In this document: piece by piece, positions 1 through 5,278 of the stretch | Layout of the letters: the number at the start of each line of letters is the position of its first letter | How positions within the stretch are numbered: the stretch's first letter is position 1 | Virus record (IMG/VR): IMGVR_UViG_2541047904_000002 | Length of the DNA: 5,278 bases | Strand: one strand, 5' to 3' | DNA from: a virus | Lineage: Duplodnaviria; Heunggongvirae; Uroviricota; Caudoviricetes | Notes under the pieces: model-generated | The model's input: only the letters and a program-made list of their open reading frames with translations | What the model was told of the DNA's origin: nothing | Database searches by the model: none | Translations under genes and position numbers: made by a program

Positions 1-387
1 GTGACCGTCACGCTTTCTGAACTGTCAGCCCTGCAGCGTATTGAGCATCTCGCCCTGATGAAACAGCAGGCAGAACAGGCGGAGTCAGACAGCAACCGGC
101 AGGTTACTGTGGAAGACGCCATCAGAACCGGTGCTTTTGTGGTGGCGATGTCCCTGTGGCATAACCATCCGCAGAAGACAAAGCAGCCTTCCATGAATGA
201 AGCCGTTAAACAGATTGAGCAGGAAGTGCTTACCACCTGGCCCGCGGAGGCAATTTCTCATGCTGAAAACGTGGTGTACCGGCTGTCCGGTATGTATGGG
301 TTTGTGGTGAATGATGCCCCTGACCAGGCAGAGGACTCCGGGCCTGCAGAGCCTGTTTCTGCGGGAAAGTGTTCGACGGTGAGCTGA
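1..387 (+). CDS. G: Tail assembly chaperone G, 5'-partial (window begins inside the gene); ends at TGA 385-387
   Basis: Open frame 1 from the window edge, 128 aa shown. Translation reads as lambda gpG from memory. Position directly upstream of the T frame and the tape measure gene matches the conserved G-GT-TMP arrangement of long-tailed phages. Confidence 0.9.
   Translation: MTVTLSELSALQRIEHLALMKQQAEQAESDSNRQVTVEDAIRTGAFVVAMSLWHNHPQKTKQPSMNEAVKQIEQEVLTTWPAEAISHAENVVYRLSGMYGFVVNDAPDQAEDSGPAEPVSAGKCSTVS
363..369 (+). other. Programmed -1 ribosomal frameshift slippery heptamer GGGAAAG (G frame reads G GGA AAG)
   Basis: Seen directly: GGGAAAG at 363-369, with GGA (364-366) and AAG (367-369) as codons in the G frame. 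A -1 slip re-pairs on GGG/AAA and the next codon is GTG at 369-371, which is exactly where the T open frame begins. The heptamer lies 16 nt before the G stop codon. This is the heptamer known for lambda G-T. Confidence 0.9.
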
Positions 388-803
388 GTTTTGCCCTGAA
401 ACTGGCGCGAGAGATGGGGCGACCTGACTGGCGCGCCATGCTTGCCGGGATGTCATCCACGGAGTATGCCGACTGGCACCGCTTTTACAGTACCCATTAT
501 TTTCATGATGTTCTGCTGGATATGCACTTTTCCGGGCTGACGTACACTGTGCTCAGCCTGTTTTTCAGCGATCCGGATATGCATCCGCTGGATTTCAGTC
601 TGCTGAACCGGCGTGAGGATGACGAAGAGCCTGAAGATGATGTGCTGATGCAGAAAGCGGCAGGGCTTACCGGAGGCGTCCGCTTTGACCCGGACGGAAA
701 TGAAGTTATCCCCGCTTCCCCGGATATGGCGGGCATGACGGAGGATGACGTAATGCTGATGACAGTATCAGAAGGGATCGCAGGAGGAGTCCGGTATGGC
801 TGA
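369..803 (+). CDS. T: T-frame segment of the G-T fusion tail assembly chaperone; expressed by -1 frameshift from G, not from its own start; ends at TGA 801-803
   Basis: A 144-codon open frame in the -1 frame relative to G, beginning at the codon after the slippery site. No credible independent start: the 'M' at 369 in the ORF track is GTG immediately after the slip site. Translation reads as lambda gpT from memory, with an acidic DDEEPEDD stretch. Confidence 0.88.
   Translation: MFDGELSFALKLAREMGRPDWRAMLAGMSSTEYADWHRFYSTHYFHDVLLDMHFSGLTYTVLSLFFSDPDMHPLDFSLLNRREDDEEPEDDVLMQKAAGLTGGVRFDPDGNEVIPASPDMAGMTEDDVMLMTVSEGIAGGVRYG
782..787 (+). promoter_or_regulatory. Shine-Dalgarno AGGAGG for H, 8 nt upstream of ATG 796
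   Basis: AGGAGG at 782-787, inside the 3' end of the T frame, at appropriate spacing to the H start. Confidence 0.7.
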
Positions 804-3357
804 ACCGGTAGGCGATCTGGTCGTTGATTTGAGTCTGGATGCGGCCAGATTTGACGAGCAGATGGCCAGAGTCAGGCGTCATTTTTCCGGTACGGAAACT
901 GATGCGAAAAAAACAGCGGCAGTCGTTGAACAGTCGCTGAGCCGACAGGCGCTGGCTGCACAGAAAGCGGGGATTTCCGTCGGGCAGTATAAAGCCGCCA
1001 TGCGTATGCTGCCTGCACAGTTCACCGACGTGGCCACGCAGCTTGCAGGCGGGCAAAGCCCGTGGCTGATCCTGCTGCAACAGGGTGGTCAGGTTAAGGA
1101 CTCCTTCGGCGGGATGATCCCCATGTTCAGGGGGCTTGCCGGTGCGATCACCCTGCCGATGGTGGGGGCCACCTCGCTGGCGGTGGCGACCGGTGCGCTG
1201 GCGTATGCCTGGTATCAGGGTAACTCAACCCTGTCCGATTTCAACAAAACGCTGGTCCTTTCCGGCAATCAGGCGGGACTGACGGCAGATCGTATTCTGG
1301 CCCTGTCCAGAGCCGGGCAGGCGGCAGGGCTGACGTTTAACCAGACCAGCGAGTCACTGACGGCGCTGGTGAATGCCGGTGTGCGTGGTGGTGAGCAGTT
1401 TGAGGCGATCAGCCAGAGTGTGGCGCGTTTCTCCTCTGCATCCGGCGTGGAGGTGGACAAGGTCGCTGAAGCCTTCGGGAAGCTGACCACAGACCCGACG
1501 TCGGGGCTGACAGCGATGGCACGCCAGTTCCATAACGTAACGGCGGAGCAGATTGCGTATGTTGCTCAGTTGCAGCGTTCCGGCGATGAAGCCGGGGCAT
1601 TGCAGGCGGCGAACGAGGCCGCAACGAAAGGGTTTGATGACCAGACCCGCCGCCTGAAAGAGAACATGGGCACGCTGGAAACCTGGGCAGACAGGACAGC
1701 ACGGGCATTCAAATCCATGTGGGATGCGGTGCTGGATATTGGTCGTCCTGATACCGCTCAGGAGATGCTGATTAAGGCAGAGGCTGCGTTTAAGAAAGCG
1801 GACGACATCTGGAATCTGCGCAAGGATGATTATTTTGTTAACGATGAAGCGCGGGCGCGTTACTGGGATGATCGTGAAAAGGCCCGTCTTGCGCTTGAAG
1901 CCGCCCGAAAGAAGGCTGAACAGCAGAGTCAACAGGACAAAAATGCGCAGCAGCAGAGCGATACCGAAGCATCACGGCTGAAATATACCGAAGAGGCGCA
2001 GAAGGCTTACGAACGCCTGCAGACGCCGCTGGAGAAATATACCGCCCGTCAGGAAGAACTGAACAAGGCACTGAAAGACGGGAAAATCCTGCAGGCAGAT
2101 TACAACACGCTGATGGCGGCGGCGAAAAAGGATTATGAAGCGACGCTGAAAAAGCCGAAACAGTCCGGCGTGAAGGTGTCTGCGGGCGATCGTCAGGAAG
2201 ACAGTGCTCATGCTGCCCTGCTGACGCTTCAGGCTGAACTCCGGACGCTGGAGAAGCATGCCGGAGCAAATGAGAAAATCAGCCAGCAGCGCCGGGATTT
2301 GTGGAAGGCGGAGAGTCAGTTCGCGGTACTGGAGGAGGCGGCGCAACGTCGCCAGCTGTCTGCACAGGAGAAATCCCTGCTGGCGCATAAAGATGAGACG
2401 CTGGAGTACAAACGCCAGCTGGCTGCACTTGGCGACAAGGTTACGTATCAGGAGCGCCTGAACGCGCTGGCGCAGCAGGCGGATAAATTCGCACAGCAGC
2501 AACGGGCAAAACGGGCCGCTATTGATGCGAAAAGCCGGGGGCTGACTGACCGGCAGGCAGAACGGGAAGCCACGGAACAGCGCCTGAAGGAACAGTATGG
2601 CGATAATCCTCTGGCGCTGAATAACGTCATGTCAGAGCAGAAAAAGACCTGGGCGGCTGAAGACCTGCTTCGCGGGAACTGGATGGCAGGCCTGAAGTCC
2701 GGCTGGAGTGAGTGGGAAGAGAGTGCCACGGACAGTATGTCGCAGGTTAAAAGTGCTGCCACGCAGACCTTTGATGGTATTGCGCAGAATATGGCGGCGA
2801 TGCTGACCGGCAGTGAACAGAACTGGCGCAGCTTCACCCGTTCCGTGCTGTCCATGATGACAGAAATTCTGCTTAAGCAGGCAATGGTGGGGATTGTCGG
2901 GAGTATCGGCAGCGCTATTGGCGGGGCTGTTGGTGGCGGCGCATCCGCGTCAGGCGGTACAGCCATTCAGGCCGCTGCGGCGAAACTCCATTTTGCAACC
3001 GGAGGATTTACGGGAACCGGCGGCAAATATGAGCCAGCGGGGATTGTTCACCGTGGTGAATTTGTCTTCACGAAGGAGGCAACCAGCCGGATTGGCGTGG
3101 GAAATCTCTACCGGCTGATGCGCGGCTATGCCACCGGCGGTTATGTCGGTGGCACCGGAAGTCCGGCGCAAATGCGGCGTTCAGAGGGTATCAGGTTTGA
3201 GCAGAACAACAACGTGGTGATTCAGAACGACGGTACGAATGGTCTGCCAGGTCCACAGATGATGAAGGCGGTGTATGACATGGCCCGCAAGGGTGCCCGT
3301 GATGAAATTCAGGCACAGATGCGCGATGGTGGTCTGTTCTCCGGAGGTGAACGATGA
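796..3357 (+). CDS. H: Tail tape measure protein H, 853 aa
   Basis: A 2562-nt ORF that overlaps the T stop by 8 nt (ATGGCTGA). The protein has a hydrophobic N-proximal segment (about aa 104-140), a long A/E/K/Q/R-rich central region typical of an extended helix (about aa 320-600), and a Gly/Ala-rich hydrophobic segment (about aa 683-742). Length and sequence read as lambda gpH from memory. Confidence 0.97.
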   Translation: MAEPVGDLVVDLSLDAARFDEQMARVRRHFSGTETDAKKTAAVVEQSLSRQALAAQKAGISVGQYKAAMRMLPAQFTDVATQLAGGQSPWLILLQQGGQVKDSFGGMIPMFRGLAGAITLPMVGATSLAVATGALAYAWYQGNSTLSDFNKTLVLSGNQAGLTADRILALSRAGQAAGLTFNQTSESLTALVNAGVRGGEQFEAISQSVARFSSASGVEVDKVAEAFGKLTTDPTSGLTAMARQFHNVTAEQIAYVAQLQRSGDEAGALQAANEAATKGFDDQTRRLKENMGTLETWADRTARAFKSMWDAVLDIGRPDTAQEMLIKAEAAFKKADDIWNLRKDDYFVNDEARARYWDDREKARLALEAARKKAEQQSQQDKNAQQQSDTEASRLKYTEEAQKAYERLQTPLEKYTARQEELNKALKDGKILQADYNTLMAAAKKDYEATLKKPKQSGVKVSAGDRQEDSAHAALLTLQAELRTLEKHAGANEKISQQRRDLWKAESQFAVLEEAAQRRQLSAQEKSLLAHKDETLEYKRQLAALGDKVTYQERLNALAQQADKFAQQQRAKRAAIDAKSRGLTDRQAEREATEQRLKEQYGDNPLALNNVMSEQKKTWAAEDLLRGNWMAGLKSGWSEWEESATDSMSQVKSAATQTFDGIAQNMAAMLTGSEQNWRSFTRSVLSMMTEILLKQAMVGIVGSIGSAIGGAVGGGASASGGTAIQAAAAKLHFATGGFTGTGGKYEPAGIVHRGEFVFTKEATSRIGVGNLYRLMRGYATGGYVGGTGSPAQMRRSEGIRFEQNNNVVIQNDGTNGLPGPQMMKAVYDMARKGARDEIQAQMRDGGLFSGGER
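3343..3347 (+). promoter_or_regulatory. Shine-Dalgarno GGAGG for M, 6 nt upstream of ATG 3354
   Basis: GGAGG at 3343-3347 within the last codons of H. The M start overlaps the H stop as ATGA. Confidence 0.7.
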
Positions 3358-3683
3358 AGACCTTCCGCTGGAAAGTGAAACCCGGTATGGATGTGGCTTC
3401 GGCCCCTTCCGTCAGGAAAGTGCGCTTTGGTGATGGCTGTTCCCAGCGAGCGCCTGCCGGGCTGAATGCCAACCTGAAAACGTACAGCGTGACGCTTTCT
3501 GTCCCCCGTGAGGAGGCCACGGTACTGGAGTCGTTTCTGGCTGAGCACGGGGGCTGGAAGGCCTTTCTGTGGACGCCGCCTTATGGGTACCGGCAGATAA
3601 AGGTGACCTGCGCAAAATGGTCGTCGCGGGTCAGTATGCTGCGTGTTGAGTTCAGCGCAGAGTTTGAACAGGTGGTGAACTGA
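3354..3683 (+). CDS. M: Minor tail (tail tip assembly) protein M, 109 aa
   Basis: ORF with ATGA start/stop overlap with H and TGATG stop/start overlap with L. The 109-aa translation reads as lambda gpM from memory. Confidence 0.93.
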   Translation: MKTFRWKVKPGMDVASAPSVRKVRFGDGCSQRAPAGLNANLKTYSVTLSVPREEATVLESFLAEHGGWKAFLWTPPYGYRQIKVTCAKWSSRVSMLRVEFSAEFEQVVN

Positions 3684-4381
3684 TGCAGGATATCCGGCAG
3701 GAAACATTGAATGAATGCACCCGTGCGGAGCAGTCGGCCAGCGTGGTGCTCTGGGAAATCGATCTGACAGAGGTCGGTGGAGAACGTTATTTTTTCTGTA
3801 ATGAGCAGAACGAAAAAGGTGAGCCGGTCACCTGGCAGGGGCGACAGTATCAGCCGTATCCCATTCAGGGGAGTAGTTTTGAACTGAATGGCAAAGGCAC
3901 CAGTACGCGCCCCACGCTGACGGTTTCTAACCTGTACGGTATGGTCACCGGGATGGTGGAAGATCTGCAGAGTCTGGTCGGCGGAACGGTGGTCAGGCGT
4001 AAGGTTTACGCCCGTTTTCTGGATGCGGTGAACTTCGTCAACGGAAACAGCGACGCCGATCCGGAGCAGGAGGTGATCAGCCGCTGGCGCATCGAGCAGT
4101 GCAGCGAACTGAGTGCGGTCAGTGCCTCCTTTGTACTGTCCACACCGACGGAAACGGATGGTGCCGTTTTTCCGGGGCGCATCATGCTGGCTAATACCTG
4201 CACCTGGACCTATCGCGGTGATGAGTGCGGTTATCACGGTCCGGCGGTCGCGGATGAATATGATCAGCCGACTTCCGATATCACGAAGGATAAATGCAGC
4301 AAATGCCTGAGCGGCTGTAAGTTTCGCAATAACGTCGGCAACTTTGGCGGCTTCCTTTCCATTAACAAACTTTCGCAGTAA
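3683..4381 (+). CDS. L: Minor tail (tail tip) protein L, 232 aa, with C-terminal cysteine cluster
   Basis: ORF starting at the ATG that overlaps the M stop by 1 nt. Translation reads as lambda gpL from memory. Cysteines at residues 173, 182, 205, 208 and 212 cluster in the C-terminal 60 residues. Confidence 0.95.
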   Translation: MQDIRQETLNECTRAEQSASVVLWEIDLTEVGGERYFFCNEQNEKGEPVTWQGRQYQPYPIQGSSFELNGKGTSTRPTLTVSNLYGMVTGMVEDLQSLVGGTVVRRKVYARFLDAVNFVNGNSDADPEQEVISRWRIEQCSELSAVSASFVLSTPTETDGAVFPGRIMLANTCTWTYRGDECGYHGPAVADEYDQPTSDITKDKCSKCLSGCKFRNNVGNFGGFLSINKLSQ

Positions 4382-4386
4382 ATCCC

Positions 4387-5130
4387 ATGACAGAGACAGA
4401 ATCAGCGATTCTGGCGCATGCCCGGCGATGTGCGCCAGCGGAGTCGTGCGGCTTCGTGGTGAGAGCGCCGGAGGGGGAAAGATATTTTCCCTGCGTGAAT
4501 ATCTCCGGTGAGCCGGAGGCGTATTTCCGGATGGCTCCGGAGGACTGGCTGCAGGCAGAGATGCAGGGTGAGATTGTGGCGCTGGTCCACAGTCATCCCG
4601 GTGGTCTGCCCTGGCTGAGTGAGGCCGACCGGCGGCTGCAGGTGCAGAGTGATTTGCCGTGGTGGCTGGTCTGCCGGGGGGCGATTCATAAGTTCCGCTG
4701 TGTGCCGCATCTCACCGGGCGGCGCTTTGAGCACGGGGTGACGGACTGTTACACGCTGTTCCGGGACGCTTACCATCTGGCGGGGATTGAGATGCCGGAC
4801 TTTCATCGTGAGGATGACTGGTGGCGTAACGGCCAGAATCTCTATCTTGATAATCTGGAGGCCACAGGGCTGTATCAGGTGCCGTTGTCAGCGGCGCAGC
4901 CGGGCGATGTGCTGCTGTGCTGCTTTGGTTCATCGGTGCCGAATCATGCCGCTATTTACTGTGGTGACGGCGAGCTGCTGCACCATATTCCTGAACAACT
5001 GAGTAAACGAGAGAGGTATACCGACAAATGGCAGCGACGCACACACTCCCTCTGGCGTCACCGGGCATGGCGCGCATCTGCCTTTACGGGGATTTACAAC
5101 GATTTGGCCGCCGCATCGACCTTCGTGTGA
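4387..5130 (+). CDS. K: Tail tip assembly protein K, 247-aa long form: N-terminal JAB/MPN (JAMM) domain plus C-terminal NlpC/P60 domain. Alternative in-frame start at 4531 would give 199 aa.
   Basis: ORF begins 5 nt after the L stop. A complete JAMM motif is visible: E19 in ESCGF, then H68-S-H70-x7-S78-x2-D81 (HSHPGGLPWLSEAD). NlpC/P60-like residues are C121 in DCYTLF and H187 and H199 in GDVLLCCFGSSVPNHAAIYCGDGELLHH. No obvious Shine-Dalgarno precedes 4387, whereas GGAGG at 4515-4519 precedes the in-frame ATG at 4531. Confidence 0.88.
   Translation: MTETESAILAHARRCAPAESCGFVVRAPEGERYFPCVNISGEPEAYFRMAPEDWLQAEMQGEIVALVHSHPGGLPWLSEADRRLQVQSDLPWWLVCRGAIHKFRCVPHLTGRRFEHGVTDCYTLFRDAYHLAGIEMPDFHREDDWWRNGQNLYLDNLEATGLYQVPLSAAQPGDVLLCCFGSSVPNHAAIYCGDGELLHHIPEQLSKRERYTDKWQRRTHSLWRHRAWRASAFTGIYNDLAAASTFV
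4515..4519 (+). promoter_or_regulatory. Internal Shine-Dalgarno-like GGAGG 11 nt upstream of in-frame ATG 4531 within K
   Basis: GGAGG at 4515-4519. ATG 4531 corresponds to Met49 of the long K frame and, as I recall, to the start used in the classical 199-aa lambda K annotation. Confidence 0.45.
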
Positions 5131-5278
5131 AAACGGGGGCTGAAGCCATCCGCGCACTGGCCACACAGCTCCCGGTGTTTCGTCAGAAACTGAGCGACGG
5201 CTGGTATCAGGTACGGATTGCCGGGCGGGACGTCAGCACGTCCGGGTTAACGGCGCAGTTACATGAGACTCTGCCTGA
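5028..5278 (+). CDS. I: Tail assembly protein I, 3'-partial (first 83 codons; runs off the window end), N-terminal ubiquitin-like beta-grasp region
   Basis: ATG at 5028 in the -1 frame relative to K, open to the window end. It is absent from the ORF track only because no stop falls inside the window. Translation MAATHTLPLASPGMARICLYGDLQRFGRRIDLRVKTGAEAIRALATQLP... reads as lambda gpI from memory. GAGAGG at 5011-5016 is a plausible Shine-Dalgarno. Confidence 0.85.
   Translation, partial: MAATHTLPLASPGMARICLYGDLQRFGRRIDLRVKTGAEAIRALATQLPVFRQKLSDGWYQVRIAGRDVSTSGLTAQLHETLP

Noticed and set aside
369-371. GTG at 369 as an independent start codon for T (the ORF track shows M)
   Set aside because: It is the codon immediately after the slippery heptamer, with no Shine-Dalgarno upstream. 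T is better explained as the frameshifted extension of G.
2880-2960. GGC/GCG-rich low-complexity nucleotide stretch that could be mistaken for a simple repeat
   Set aside because: It is the coding sequence for the Gly/Ala-rich hydrophobic segment of H, not a non-coding repeat. It has no regular repeat-spacer periodicity.
2258-3118. Plus-strand alternative-frame ORFs inside H (2258-2461, 67 aa; 2894-3118, 74 aa) and inside L/K (4113-4310, 4787-5002)
   Set aside because: Short, Arg/Cys-rich, embedded out of frame within well-supported genes, with no start context. Most likely chance ORFs.
5028-5130. Possibility that K and I are joined by a second programmed frameshift into a K-I fusion
   Set aside because: I is in the -1 frame relative to K, but I saw no X XXY YYZ slippery heptamer in the K frame within the overlap. 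I also has its own ATG with a plausible Shine-Dalgarno (GAGAGG 5011-5016). Independent initiation is the simpler explanation.
85-5166. Numerous minus-strand ORFs of 65-218 aa, e.g. 3581-4237 (218 aa), 1354-1932 (192 aa), 1972-2502 (176 aa), 2448-2966 (172 aa)
   Set aside because: All lie entirely antisense to strongly supported + strand tail genes. Their translations are Arg/Pro/Ser/Cys-rich and low-complexity, as expected from reading a coding strand backwards. None has a convincing Shine-Dalgarno or recognisable motif.
1-5278. Searched for promoters, rho-independent terminators, tRNA, CRISPR repeats, or inverted-repeat/integrase signatures
   Set aside because: None evident by eye. There is no non-coding space, no GC-rich hairpin followed by a T-run, and no direct repeats. 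This is consistent with the interior of a long late operon transcribed from a distant upstream promoter.

Overview
The window is a tightly packed, single-strand (+) block of lambda-type siphovirus tail-assembly genes in the canonical order G (5'-partial), T (made only as a G-T frameshift fusion), H (tape measure, 853 aa), M, L, K and I (3'-partial). The proteins read as near-identical to the coliphage lambda tail module, so this is lambda itself or a very close lambdoid prophage; that assignment is from memory of the lambda proteins, not a database search. Every junction is overlapping or within 5 nt, leaving no intergenic space for an inserted cargo or defence gene. I see no RNA genes, CRISPR array, mobile element, promoter or terminator. 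I do not find support for a previously undescribed system here. The points worth a second look are the G-T programmed -1 frameshift site, the two-domain JAB plus NlpC/P60 architecture of K and its ambiguous start codon, the 103-nt out-of-frame K/I overlap, the C-terminal cysteine cluster of L, and the domain layout of H. All minus-strand ORFs in the track look like antisense artefacts of the + strand genes.
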